A DNA stretch of 64,000 nucleotides from NCBI RefSeq assembly GCF_020745735.1, contig NW_026867451.1:248001-312000 (forward strand). Reading direction: 5' to 3'. Numbering within the stretch: position 1 is the stretch's first letter; each line of letters begins with the position of its first letter. The translations under genes and the position numbers were made by a program. The stretch comes from Hemiscyllium ocellatum. Lineage: Eukaryota. The notes beneath the pieces were generated by a model. It was given only the letters and a program-made list of their open reading frames with translations. It was not told the origin of the DNA and made no database searches. This document shows, piece by piece, positions 39,130-52,604 of this stretch.

Positions 39130-40680
39130 CAGTCTACAATGTTTGTCCTTAAATTTCCCCAAAAAACTTTAATGGATTATGATCAATATGTATGGTTGTC
39201 TCAGATACATTACTGGCAAATGTTGTAACGCCAATACCAAACTCAAGGTCTCTTTCTCAACTGTCAAATATTCCTGTTGATGAATGTTTAGCTTCCTGAA
39301 AAAAAAATTGATAAGTCTTTTTATCTTCTTGTTGTTTTCTTGTAAGAGTACAGCACCGACACTTTGATCACTTACATCGATAACTACCTTGAATAGCTTT
39401 GGGTTATTAATATTGGGGCAGTAATTAACACAACATTCAGGCTGACAAATGCCTTCTGACAGTTTTCCATCCATTGAAACTTTTTGTATTTCTACAGTAA
39501 TTCAGTGAGTGAAGCAGCCACACTTTTAAGATTCCGTACAACTTTCTGATAAAACCCACTCGTAGTACTACCAAATGCAGAACAACCCCTGTTATCCGAA
39601 CGTCAATTATCCAAATTTCAGATTATCCAAACAAGATCTCAAGGTCCTTTGTTTGCAATCAGATCAGTTATCTGAGCAATCAATTAGTTATCCCCACCCG
39701 TCTCATTTGGATAATCAAGATTGTTTTGTAGTCGTACTGCTGTTTTGGTGGATGGGGCCATCTGGCCATGTTCAATAACATGGCCCAGGAGAGTGATTTG
39801 TGTTTCCTTGAATTCGCTGTCAGCCAGGTTTATCACCAAGCCTGCCTCCCAAAGTCGAATGAATAACTTTGAGAAATTCTGCAAATTTTTCTTCCATGTG
39901 TGACTAAAAATCAGGTCATCAATGATTTATTTACCCACGCAATTGGGTAATGAAGAAATTACTTCATTGCTTAGTCTTTGAAATGTAGCTGGCACATTCT
40001 TCATACCACATGACATGACTGTAAACTGGTACAGCGCATTTTGGTGTCACGAAGGCTGAAATTGTCTTCACCTTTTTGAATACAAGTAGCTGCCAGCATC
40101 CTTTGAGTAAGTCGTATTGAGAAATATAAGTTGCTTGTCCCATCTTCTCAATATGGTCTTCCAAACTTGATTTAGGACATGTATCAGATTTAGTAACTGC
40201 ATGGATTTTGCATAGGTCCACACATAATCATTGGATATTACCTGGCTTTGGTACCACTGATGTAGGTGAGCTCTATTCATACGACTGATTTTGATTATAT
40301 TGTCTTTCAGCATGTGTTCAGTCTCTTTCTGAATCTGTGCTAACCTCCAAAGGTTAAGTCTGTAGGATGTTGTTTGATTGGAACATTATTTCCTCAATCA
40401 ATATTATGTGTAGTGAGATTAGTAATTCCCAGGTTATTTCTACAATACTCCCCATGTGATTATACTAAGTCTTTCAAGTCACATTGATTTTCAACTGGCT
40501 GGTAACTCAACGGTTTATCCCAATTTTCCAGAACTTCCTCATTGATCAATGTAATTTGAGGAGACCAATTCACAATCATCTGAAATTGTTTCGTCACTCT
40601 GTTGTAAACAGTAACACATTCTCTTTTTTTTTCCCTATCAAAATAGCTTTTGAACACAACACATCTCTTCAAGCCACAGA
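39130..40680 (-). mobile_element. Gypsy pol relic (RT and RNase H)
   Basis: Minus-strand ORFs: FKVVIDVSDQSVGAVLLQE...EKETLSLVLALQH; RLWEAGLVINL...TLLGHVI; AVTKSD...EKMGQATYISQYDLLKGCWQ. Confidence 0.85.
39578..39728. mobile_element. Possible Tc1/mariner-type MITE inserted in the Gypsy relic
   Basis: Imperfect terminal inverted repeats CAGAACAACCCCTGTTATCCGA and TTGGATAATCAAGATTGTTTTG; TA on the right flank, TG on the left. Confidence 0.5.
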
Positions 40681-41609
40681 ATGGTCACAAAAATGGGTGG
40701 AACAGTGAGCCATTCAGCCCCTTAAGCATGCGCTGCTGTTCAAAATGACAATGGTTGATTATCCAACTCAGCACCCTGTTCCACCATTCTTTCTGTAAGC
40801 TTTGATCCCTTTAGTCTGAAAAAGAAGCTATTACGTTTTGGGCTCAATCAATTTCTATGGCAGTGAATTCCAAAGAGTCACCACTGTCAGGGTGAAGAAA
40901 GGTTTCCTCATCTCAGTCCAAAATGCCCGAGCCAGTATCCGTAGACCATGAGCCCTGGTTCTGGGCTCCCCAGCCGTGGAGAACATCCTTCCTGGTTATC
41001 TAATTCTGGACACAAACACTGACTTGTGCTGCATCTTGTGATCTTAGCCTGGGTCATAATGGGGAGGGTTATTCTCAGTATTGCCACACTTTGACAGTGC
41101 AAGTTAACCTCTTGCTGACAGCAGGCTGGAAGCATGGTAGCCATTTGTTGCTAAGGAAGAGATAGGACTGAGTGCTCACTGCCCATATTCAAAAGGGAAG
41201 AATGACCCATTGAGGAGAGGTATTAGAGGACTTTTTGTAGCTGTAACGGTGGACACTGATAGAAATTACTGACTCCCGTATAACACACAGGGAATCAGCA
41301 AAGGTGACTCAAACTGCTGATTCCTAATTAGCGCGTTCCAAATGACAACAGCCCATTGGTTGAAGAAGCTTTCCTTTTTTAACATTATAATGTTCAGCGA
41401 TGTATGACACGCCTCTGGAATAGGTAGGACAGGAATTTAAACCTACTAAGTCTAATCTAGGAACTTAAGCCTACTGATCTAGGGCTAGGGAGACTATCAT
41501 TCTCCCCTTTGAGGACTGTTTTGTATCTCATACAGAATCTATGCAATTTCCCTGAATTGCTTCATTAATCCCTGGGGATGTAAATAATAAGCCGCCTGTC
41601 AGAGTATTG

Positions 41610-41990
41610 GGTGTTGCTCAGGTGTCACTGACTATTGTGCTGATCTTTGAGTTGGAGAGTTCAAGATCTACCATCGGGTTTAGAATAGACTAATTGATGC
41701 TGCCACAGCAATGCAGTCCTGAGATAATCCTATCCATCAGATGTATATGAGGCATTAAACCAAAGCCACTCTGCCCTCTAAAGGGACCCTTATTATTTTG
41801 AATTAAAGTGAGGAGATTATACCTGGTGTCCCGGCCAATACTTATCGCTCAATCCCGATGAGCAGATGATCTGGTCATCATCTCCTTCCTGCTTTTCTCA
41901 TGGGACACAAATGAGATATCACATTTCTGACATGTGACTACATGGTCAAAAGTACTTCAGTTGTTGTATAGAACATCTCTGATTGAAAAT
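41610..41990 (+). mobile_element. DeuSINE (SacSINE1/AmnSINE1-like) relic
   Basis: GAGTTCAAG B-box-like head, then CCTGGTGTCCCGGCCAATACTTATC...GATCTGGTCATCATC...GTGACTAC...CAAAAGTACTTCA, recalled as the Deu core; not database-checked. Confidence 0.55.
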
Positions 41991-44900
41991 TGGCTTTGTC
42001 AGAACCTGCATGTATTATTACTCAACTTGGTTGTTCATGTTTCACTCTCTGTTGTAAGAAAACACTCCTTCCCAACTTCCATCAAATGAGAAGAGACAAA
42101 GCTCAGTGCTGTAATATTTCACTTTGTACTAACATCTGGATCAAACTAATATACCATTCAATGCAAATATAAAATAAATTGAACCAGTTTTAAATGATTA
42201 AAACAAATTATATTTTCCACCAAAGGAGTGTATTGAAGTATTTCAATCGTTCTCATTGTGTCAAGTACCAGCAAACGGTGGAGTCTGTTCCAATGTATTT
42301 TATCTTGTCTAAAGGATAGGCTGAGGAAAAGAACAGTGCATGAGGAGAGCAGTACAGTGTGGATCAGTGATTAACAGCAGGAGAATTATTCTCCAGATTA
42401 GAATAGATATGTAGTAGAATATACTAAAATGATAGAATAAGAGAAGCTAAAGTGGGATATTGTCAGCTAAATGTTTTATAAGCTTATTAAAATCGGGTCA
42501 GTCAGGATCTTATTGAATAGTGGACCAGGCTCGAAGGGCCAAGTGACCTATTCCCATTTATTGTTCATACCGCGAAACAATTTTGCGAGTTACTCGAGCG
42601 AAGATATTAAACACACATTTTAAACTGTTACATGGGCACATGCTGATATTTCCGTCTATGATTCCCTGGGTTTGATAGCATGTAGTTGACAGTGGCCCCA
42701 GGGGTTCTGCACTTGTTTCAGAAATCTGGAAAGAGATGTTTAGGATACTCTGAGATTGCATTAAGATGTTACATAAATGCACAACTTTTCTACTTGCCTT
42801 CCTGCTGGGGTAGAGGGGGTTTTGCTCTTCATCAAACTTGTGCATCATTTGACTTCAATTTGCTTTCCTTTGTTGCATTATTGTATGGAGTTTATTCTCT
42901 TTAGTCAATAGCCTGGATTTTGCCCAAAGTTTAAGAGGTTTTTACTCACATTGGTGAGTTTCTGTATCCCATGAAGTAAATTCATTGCAGTCAGTAATGG
43001 GAAATAAAGCAGATCAAATATAATGTTCTTAATTATTATTAGGTCAATTAATAGGGATAACTAAAAGCTGGTCTATGAGCCTCAGGATTTAAAAGCCTTT
43101 TCAGTGGAGCCACTGCTGATTTACCCAACGCGCTATCCTGGTGAACTCACTGATACTGAAACCTCTATAATCTGGGACAATGATGAAATACAAACTGACT
43201 GGAACCGCAACTTATCAGAAAAACTAGGGAACAGAGAGAGATTGGGGTCGAAGCTCAGAACACAGAGGCACTGCAAACCGAAGCACCCATTGACACAGCT
43301 TCTCGAGATGAGTTATGATGCGGTTCTGCACTATTTAGTTCTGATCTATGATTGGAACCAATGCTTCTCTGTCAAGCCGATGTGGTTTATGGATAAAAAT
43401 AATGTCTGCTAGAAGGCAACTACAAAGCTCTCTTGTGGTAATGTGACACAGAATCAAGTGAAATGTGGAGTATCTCCTTTTGGGGCTTCTTGCATCCTTT
43501 CAAGTGGCAGCTGAATTTGGTGATCAGGTATCAGTTACTATCGAATTGGATGAAATCTTGTTAGTGGTTCATCTATTTACAGTTCCCTATCTCTGAGGTT
43601 TGCCCCATTTCTTTATTAAAGAGCCAATGTGTGTGAGATCTCTTTAGTGCTGTCCATAGGATAGCCGTACTCCTGCCACTGTGCAACTGCATATTGATAT
43701 CTGCCTTTAAAAACAATCTGAATCTATGGTCACATACTGGTGTAGGAACTGAGTGGGGCCCATAACAGAATGAGCAACTCTTCAACTGCTGCAAACCAAT
43801 GTGGGCTAGATTTTCCAACTGTCATTATCACAAGGGTGTTTTTGGTGCCATATTCACTATTCAGAATAACAATTAATTTTCCTGTTCGTGCAGCATTTCT
43901 CTCTATTACTTTACATAACAGTGTGCTGTGTGTATGTGCATGTAGTTTGTTTCTATTTATTCCTGTTCCTCAATGGCTTTGAAATTGTTGCTGTATAGGA
44001 TCAAAGGTAAAGTAATGTCTCCACAAGGACATTGTTGCTGGTTTCCCTCTGAGGCCAGTGCAGAACTTTACCAGTTCATTGTCGGCCTGATACATTGTAG
44101 TGATGTTCACCTCTGCCAGCTGGGGCAGCATGGACATTTGAGTATTGATGGAAATAAAGTGTTTTTTTATTTAAGTCTTTAGTATTGTACTTATCAGGAC
44201 ACTCTCAAGAATACCAATGGGAAGGGAGAAAGCATTTAATCTGTCTGGGTAATGAGTGCTGATTGGTAAAGGCATGGAGAATGGACCAGGTGATGATTGG
44301 CAGTTAACTGCCAATGCTTGTTGTGATTCGACTAAATTGGTGATGGCCATTCTCGGACTCATTTGGCAGGGCAATACCTTGACCACTCAGGCAACCTGCC
44401 AATTGCAAACTTAACAAAGTTTAGCTGTTAACTGTTTGTCACCATCTGACCAGTCCATTTCTATTGGGGACATCTTGATCAATTATTGTGCACTTTCCAA
44501 AGCATCAGAACTTGTTCAGTGTAAAATGTTGTTTCCCTTAATATCAAAATCTTTGCAGCTATCCTGGTGTATGCAAGACAAAAAAAAGAGCATGTCATAT
44601 TTTATAGCAATATCCAATTTCTATATTTGCAAACAACCGTTTGAATATGGGAACCTTTTGTTGATGGAGTATCCAACATCCAGCTGATATCATTAAAATG
44701 GAATCTAGTTTTCGAATGTGAAATGATTAAACCCCCTGACAAGCCCACTTTGTACATGCAGATCCTTTTTGAATATTGTATCAGTCTGGCTGTTGAAAGA
44801 CAGCTTTGGAAAGTTGTTTATTTCTGTTAACTTCTATTAAAGGAATTGCTGAAACGGTGGATAATGCATTCTATTGCATTTACAAAACTGAGATATCTTG

Positions 44901-45309
44901 TGAAATCAGGAGATGTGCACAGTGCAAATAAACATCCCATTTAATGCTGGCCTGGACAAGACTGGTCAACTTAAACTTGTGCTTATAGAGAAAGGACTGA
45001 GATCTTAACTGGCTCATTATCATCGAATGTATTGAGTTTAAACTTATGTCTATCTCTAAATTCTTCAAGGCCTTGTTTCACGCTGTCTCTTGTACCCCTT
45101 ATATACACACTCTGTTCTTTGGGTCTCTGATTGCTTTTGTCCATGAGTCTGGTCAGGTCCCCTGAATTAGCTGTACTTTACTGATAAACTTCCTCACATG
45201 CCCTCTGGTACTCATTCTCAAATGCTTAAAAGCCAGTTTCATGTCATTGGTCCTAACTCTTCTGATACATGCCAACAACCTTCTCGTGTTTGGCATTCGG
45301 TGCATCCTT

Positions 45310-46082
45310 TTCCAGGTTGGAAGGTCAAACTCGAATGCTGAATATAGGGTTAAAGGCAGGATTCTTGGCAGTGTGGAGGAACAGAGGGATCTGGGTGTGC
45401 AAGTACATAGATCCCTCAAAGTTGCCACCCAAGTGGATAAGGTTGTTAAGAAAGCATATGGTGTTTAGGCTTTCATTTACAGGGGAATCGAGTTTGAGAG
45501 CAGCGAGGTTTTGCTACAGCTCTACAAGTCCCTGGTGAGACCACACCTGGAAAGTTGTGTCCAGTTCTGGTCACCCTGCTATAAGAAATAGATAGAGGCT
45601 TTGGAGAGGGTGCAAAGAAGGTTTGCCAGGATGCTGCCTGAACTGGAGGGCTTGCCTTATGAAGAAAGGTTGAATAAGCTCAGACTTTTCTCTCTGGAGA
45701 AGGAAGAAGAGAGGAGACCTGATTGAGGTATACAAAATAATGAGAGGAATAGATAAAGTCAATAGCTAGAGAATTTTCCCCAGGGCAGGATTGACTGGTA
45801 CGAGGGGAGTCATAGTTTTAAGATATTAGGAGAAAGGTATAGAGGAGATATTAGAATAGGTTCTTTACACAGAGAGTTGTGAATGCATGGAATACATTGC
45901 CAGCGGTGGTGGTGGAAACAGAGTCATTAGGGACATTTAAGTGACTGCTGGACATGCACATGTTTAGCAGTGAGTTGAGGGGTGTGTAGGTTGTTATATT
46001 TTACATTAGGATTAGACCTCGGCACACTGTTGTGGGCCAAAGGGCCTGTTCTGTGTTGTATTTTTCTATGTTCTATGTTAAA
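45310..46082 (+). mobile_element. CR1/HER1-type LINE 3' portion
   Basis: ORF 45241-45468 ...EYRVKGRILGSVEEQRDLGVQVHRSLKVATQVDKVVKKAYG; homologous to 31840-32550; TTCTATG tail. Confidence 0.9.
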
Positions 46083-47827
46083 GCATCTCATAAACGTGAG
46101 TATTAATATCCACTTTGGCAGATTTAATTGATTTTCATTGGAATGTATCTGCCAAACCTTTAGCAAAACTGAATCAGCAAACAGCTTCAAACTGTGCACA
46201 CGTCCATCACAAAACATTGCTGCTCCTCATTCACTTTTCAAATGCACTGCTCCATTCCAAATAGCAGACCACCCGTTCCCATTCATAGAGATGTGTTTCT
46301 GACAGATGGAAGTGGTTGTTTCTGTACTTCTGCCATTTTTATTGAACTCATCTCAAGTTACACTTTAGAATTTGACTGTCAGGCCAAGACTGTTTGTGTT
46401 AAGCTTTGTCAATTTTGACCAGGTTGCCAGCTCTTCATGTTCTTGAATATTGGAATGGGACTGGGTTCTATCAGCCCTCTAGGGACAGGCTGCAAGGTCA
46501 TTAGGTGGATAATAGGGTGGAAGATGAGAAGGGAAGGAAGGAGATTCCACCTCCGTAGTATGTTATTGATCCCAAATTCGGGAAAGGATGACCACTCAGG
46601 TGGTCAATGTAGAGTGTGTTCCCGCCAATGCTGGCAGTTTATTAGCAGTAAGGTCCTCCATTGTGTGGGAGACCTCCCCCTGCATCCTAGTGACACACCT
46701 GGAGGATGTCCCTCCTAATGAAGTACCTTGTGGCTCACAACAGGGTATCCCATCTGCACACTGGAACAGTCCCCTGTCCATGGTGGTGATCATTACGGGA
46801 ACTGGAAATCAGAGTAAGTGAGTGAAAGAAGCCGTGAGGGCTAGAGTGTTCACAACATTCCCAGGACCAGGTTGGCAGCTCCTACTGAGGCCATTAATAA
46901 GTCATTAAGATCCCCCAATTGGTGCAAGGACGATGGGTTACTCCTACTCCTAGTAAGAGGACTGTGATTACTGCTGTTTCAGTGCTATCAAGCAAATCGT
47001 GAAGTGTGGCCATGTGATAAAATCATTTACATTCAGTGCTGGATACTTGAGACTTTTTGTGAGAAACTTTATAACTCTTCTAAATGTTCTTAATGCACTT
47101 TTTGTTTCATACAATGGTGATTTTCTACGTAGGATTATAGAGGAAAAACAGACCATTTGGCACAATCAGTTCATGCCAGTGCTTATGTTCCACTCAAGGT
47201 GTTTCACATCTTTCCTCATCTAAATCGCCCGTTGTAATTCTCTATTCCCATCCCTTCCTAGTGCTCGCCTAGTTTCCTTGAAATACATCTAAACTATTGA
47301 TTTCAACTATTCCGTCTGGTCACATATTCCCCATTCTCATCATTCTTTCAGTGAAGAGGTTTCCTCTGAATTCCCTTTTGGACTTCTTGAGGTACCGTCT
47401 TATATTGACAGCCTCGAGTTATATTCTATCCCACAGTGAAATGTTTTCTTTGTACCTTCTCTTTTCAAAACCTTTCTTAATTTTTGAACTGTCAGCCTTC
47501 TTTTCAAGAAAGAAGTGAACAGCACAACAATTCTTCCTGGATATACACAGCCAGAAACTTGTGGAGCTTTCTCATAAATCATCTCTTTACTCTCTCTCAT
47601 ACATTCTCTAATATGTCAACTCGAATTGCAAATAATACTCTTAATTATAGTCAACCAAATTTTTATAGTGACCCTACTTTCAAATCTATCCCTTTAGAGA
47701 TAAAACTTAGTACTTTGTTTACATTTTTATGGCCTTTGGAACCTGTGGTGAAATTGTTAGTGACTGATGTAATTGTCTGAAATCCCTTTGTTTGTCTCCC
47801 TCACTTAGACGTGCATCTTTGAATAAG

Positions 47828-48530
47828 TGACCTGCACATTATTCCAAGGCCCCAAGGGATCCTTCCATATCCGCCACAAATTCACCTGCACCTCCACACA
47901 CATCATTTACTGCATCTGCTGCACCCGATGTGGCCTCCTCTATATTGGGGAGATGGGCCACCTACTTGTGGAACATTTCAGAGAACACCTCTGGGACACC
48001 GGACCAACCAACCCAACCACCCCGTGGCTCAACACTTTAACTCCCCCTTCCACTCCACCAAGGACATGCAGGTCCTTGGACTCCTCCATCGCCAGACCAT
48101 AACAACACGACGGTTGAAGGAAGAGCACCTCATATTCCGCCTGGGAACCCTCCAACCACAAGGGATGAACTCAGATTTCTCCAGTTTCCTCATTTCCCCT
48201 CCCCCCACTTTGTCTCAGTCGAATCCCTCGAACTCAGCACCCCCTTCCTAACCTGCAATCTTCTTCCTAACCTCTCCGCCCCCACCCCACTCCGGCCTAT
48301 CACCCTCACCTTGACATCCTTCCACCTATCACATCTCCATCACCCCTCCCCCAAGTCCCTCCTTCCTACCTTTTATCTTAGCCTGCTGGACACACATTCC
48401 TCATTCCTGATGAAGGGCTTATGCCCGAAACGTCAAATTTCCTGTTCCTTGGTTGCTGCCTGACCTGCTGCGCTCTCCCAGCAACACATTTTCAGCTCTG
48501 ATACTCCAGCATCTGCAGACCTCACTTTCG
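47828..48530 (+). mobile_element. Penelope-like element 3' relic: GIY-YIG endonuclease plus hammerhead-bearing terminus
   Basis: FTCTSTHIIYCICCTRCGLLYIGE...FREHL, then after a frameshift HPVAQHFNSP...EEHLIFRLGTLQPQGMN; terminus CTGATGA A GGGC TTAT GCCC GAAA CGTC at 48407-48434. Confidence 0.9.
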
Positions 48531-49129
48531 CCTTGCACATTATTCCTACCAAGATGTAATACCTTACCTTTATCTGTGTGGATCTTCATTTGCTAATTAT
48601 TTGAACATACCGTAAATTAATTAATGATCTCTTGCAACTTCTTGTAGTCCTCAGAATTGGCTACATTTCAACATTCCTTTCCAATTTCATGTCATTGTAT
48701 TGCTAATTTTTTTTGTCGTAATTAGATGCAATATTTAATTTGCAGTTTTACTTTATTTTGTTTTGAATTTTTAGAGAGGTGCAGTAATCCACACATTAAC
48801 TACAACAACTAAATGTAGAATGACAGATAGATGAAAATTATTACAAACACAGGACTAATTAATAGACTCTGTTAACTTCACGGTCAAAACAGGGAATTAT
48901 TTTTTACACGAATGATATGGTGCATTATCTGTAGTACAATAACTTTTTGTCCATTTTTTTGTTGTAGTTTATTTTCCAGGTCTTTCCATACACACCATAA
49001 ATTGAAAAGGCACCCATCCTCCATTTTAAACTAAATGATAATAATAAAAAACAACATTTATATTAAATGCAACATGATTTATGAAGCCAATCCTCTAGGC
49101 TGATACATATTCACAGCCATGTAGAGTTA

Positions 49130-49572
49130 TATAGGGAGAGGCTGAATAGGCTGGGGTTGATTTCTCTGGAGCTTTGGAAGCTGAGGGGTGATTTTATAAA
49201 GGCTTATAAAATCATCAGAGGCATGGATACAGTGAATAGGCAAGGTTTTTTCCCTGAAATGGGTGGAGTCTCATCTAAATCTACACTCATGAGTCTAGGT
49301 TTAGAGTGAGAGGGGAAAAAGTTGAAAGTACCTAAGGAGTAACTTTTTCATGCAGAGGGTGGTGTGTATGGAATGAACTGCCAGAGGAAGTGGTGGAGGC
49401 TGGTGCAATTTCAACATTTAAAAGGCATCTGAGTGTGTATAAGAATAGGAAGGGTTTGGAGGGATATGGGCCAAGTACTGGCAAATGGGACTAGATTAGT
49501 TTAGGATATCTGGTCAGCATGGGCAAGTGAAACTGAAAGATCTGTTTCCAAGTTGTACATCTCTATGACTCT
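49130..49572 (+). mobile_element. CR1-type LINE 3' fragment
   Basis: AGGGAGAGGCTGAATAGGCTGGGG...GAGGGTGGTGTGTATGGAATG...CTCTATGACTCT tail. Confidence 0.8.
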
Positions 49573-49574
49573 GT

Positions 49575-50140
49575 GATCTACTCCTTTGCTCTTAATGTAC
49601 TAGTCGAATCTCTTTGGATTATCTTTAACATTATCTCCCAAGGCTATCTCATTTTCCTTTCTTGCCCTCCTCATTTCCCTCTTTAGAATGTCCCTGCCCC
49701 TCTTTTACTCTTTGAGATTCACTGAATCTCACTTATCGATATCTAATATATGATTCATTCTTAATCTGAACCAGAGCCTCAATATCTTTATTCCTCCAGT
49801 GTTCCCTCCTCTTACCAGCCTTATCTTCACACTAACAGGAACATCACGCCTCCGAACTCTCGTTATCTCACTTCTGAAAGCTTCACTCTTGCCGGCCGTC
49901 CCTTGAGCTGCAAACAGTCTACTCCAATCAACTCTTGAAAGTTTTTGTCTCATACTATCAAAATTTGCCCTCGTTCAATTAAGAACTTTAACTTATATAT
50001 AATGCCAATCCTTTCCATAGATATTTTAAACTAATCAAAATATGACCCGGGCCCCAAAAAGCTCCCCTACTAACCATTCAGTCACTTGTCCTGCCTTATA
50101 TCACAAGAGTAGGTCAGGTTTGCTCCTTCTGTGAGAGTTA
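49575..50140 (-). mobile_element. CR1-type LINE ORF2 fragment (inverted)
   Basis: Minus ORF 49729-49953 MRQKLSRVDWSRLFAAQGTAGKSEAFRSEITRVRRRDVPV resembles the region between EN and RT (compare 30430-30600). Confidence 0.7.
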
Positions 50141-51154
50141 CATCTGTATATTAATGAAGAAAATTGACTTTAGCACTTACAAAATTCCTCACCATCCAAG
50201 CTCTTAAGATCATGACTGTCTCACTTTATGTTTGGAAGGTTAAAATTTGCGATTATTGCAATCCTATTATTCTTACATATAAATAAGATCTCTCCACATA
50301 TTCATTACTCAATTTCACTCTGACTACTGGGGGGACTATTACAATTGCATCAAAGTAATTATGCCCTTCTTATTTATGAGTTCCATCCACATAGCTTCAC
50401 TGGACCATCCCTCAGAAATACCTTGTGTTAGAACAGCAGTAATGTATCACCACAAGAAAAAATGACTCCAATCTCCTTCTAGCTCTTCCTACTTTTGCCG
50501 TATCTTTGATGGTGGGAGGGGCTTTGAACATAAATTATTCAATTTACTGGTGATGGTTAGTAGCAGAAAATAAAGAGACTGTGGGGGACTTGGGTGATGG
50601 GAAATAAAAGGTTACATTGTGTGGAAAGAAAATTCTGTATATAAACAAGAATTTTAAAAAATGAACTCCACTCTGTCTGCCCAGCTCTTGCCTACACCGC
50701 TGTACCTCCAGAGTACTTTCCTTTTATTTTGATGAGTTCAAGTTAATCTCACCCGCTGTTTTGTACTTGTCAACCATTTGTTAACGGGTGTTTGCTGTTA
50801 CAGAATGTAGGCTGCCTTACTGGGTACGTTCTCAGAGTTCAGTGTTTGGAGTCCTTGTTGTACCAACCTGTGCTTTGGTCCATCATGCAAAATTACAGAA
50901 AAATATTAACAGCCATTTAAGGTAAAATGTTAGGATATTGGAAGAACAGCTAAGAGCATCAAGTTTGACAGAGGGGTTGTGGGAAAGGACATGGAAAGCA
51001 GCAGGGTTTCCAGAACTTCTCTGATCGAAATCAACCTGTGATTGATCATTTTTGAGGATTGTTATTCGTTAATATCGGTGTGTCAGATAGATCTCCGTCT
51101 CAGGGAGGGGTGACGTGCTTCTTTGTTTTGTGATGAACTCAGGGGAACATACAA

Positions 51155-51469
51155 TAGATTAGATTAGACTTACAGTGTGGAAACAGGCCCTTCGGCCCAA
51201 CAAGTCCACACCGACCCGCCGAAGCGCAACCCACCCATACCCCTACATTTACCCCTTACCTAACACTACGGGCAATTTAGCTTGGCCAATTCACCTGACC
51301 CGCACATCTTTGGACTGTGGGAGGAAACCGGAGCACCCGGAGGAAACCCACGCAGACACGGGAGAACGTGCAAACTCCACACAGTCAGTCGCCTGAGTCG
51401 GGAATTGAACCCGGGTCTACAGGCGCTGTGAGGCAGCAGTGCTAACCACTGTGCCACCGTGCCGCCCAC
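51155..51469 (-). mobile_element. HE1-type SINE (young)
   Basis: CpG-rich and near-intact; head GGGCGGCACGGTGGCACAGTGGTTAG, B box GGTTCAATTCC, (TAGAT)n tail. Confidence 0.95.
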
Positions 51470-52598
51470 TAATAGTAAGGGGGTAAACCCAAAGGGGGTG
51501 AAGGAGCAGAGGATCCTCCATGTGTATGTGCACAAATCAGGGAATGGACCATGACATGTGGACAGAAGAGCAACTAAACCCTACTTCATCAATAACACCG
51601 CAGAGAACAAACACAAAGCAATTATGTTAATCTGAAATCAAACAGTCTCTTGTCTCACCTGGAATGTTGCATCTAGTTTCAGGAGCCACGTTTTTGACAA
51701 AAGGCAAAATTATGAGATTGGGTGCGTGACTGATTCACAACACTATTCCCGGGATGATACACCTCACCAACTCTGAGAAATTGAGAATGTTCTCCTCTGC
51801 TGATAGTTCCCAGACTCTGTGAACAGTTGCTATGATTGGTTCCCAACTCCGTCTTGCATCATATAGATCTCAATGGCTGAATATTTCAGGGACTCATGAG
51901 CCCTGACTTGCCTGATCAACATCGACCTCTGATTTATTATTTTTGAGGGTTGCTGATCAGTAATATCCCTGTATCAGATACATCCCAGTCTCATTCCCTG
52001 GGATTTGACAGGTATGGTGTGTCAAATAGATCCCAGGAATAGTGCTCCATGAGATTTATGTGTGAGAAAAACTCCAGTTCTGAGAATCCGCCCTTGGATT
52101 GTGCATGTGTTGTGTCTGACTACCTGACTGAACGTTGACATTTTTGGCTGATGAATGTTTCGTTGGGCGTTTTAGGTGGCGTGTTATGCATTACTAACCC
52201 AGGCTGTCCGGACATTGGGAGTACATGTAGTTTAGACGGTGTAGAGTAAACTTTCAAACTCCTTTGCCTGCCTTTTATAGGCTTCTGATGGAGCAAAGCT
52301 CCTCATTTGTATCATTACGTGACCCGAGGCCGTGACCTTTGGTGCTTAAGAGGAAATGTTCTCTAATCATTCTGCCTCTGGAGTGTTCCATCAGGCATAT
52401 CGTGTGAAAGATGTATTTACATTAGTGGGCGGCATGGCAGCGCAACATTAAACTAAATGACTGGATGAAACACAACCAAACAGAACAAGTGAAAGTATTT
52501 GGCTGGGAAAGGAGTAGGATGTGGGAAAATGTATGATTACTGACTGGCCTTGAAGAAAGAATGAAGCAAACTCAAGGTTAGTGCATATTCATTCAAGA

Positions 52599-52604
52599 TT
52601 TATT
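52599..52604 (-). terminator. Probable membrane-form polyadenylation signal
   Basis: First minus-strand AATAAA I find downstream of the TM2 stop (~430 nt), followed by T-rich sequence. Confidence 0.55.

Noticed and set aside
7062-42168. Octamer motifs ATGCAAAT/ATTTGCAT at 7062, 33965 and 42161
   Set aside because: This is about the number expected by chance in 64 kb of AT-rich DNA; they are unclustered, and one lies inside a LINE.
45070-45310. Possible 5' inversion (twin priming) of the LINE at 45310-46082
   Set aside because: I could not confidently assign this segment to the same element or find a TSD.
51640-52250. Possible extra exon downstream of TM2 (good minus-strand donor CAG|gtgaga at ~51657)
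   Set aside because: My translations of the minus frames upstream contain stops and no Ig Cys/Trp pattern.
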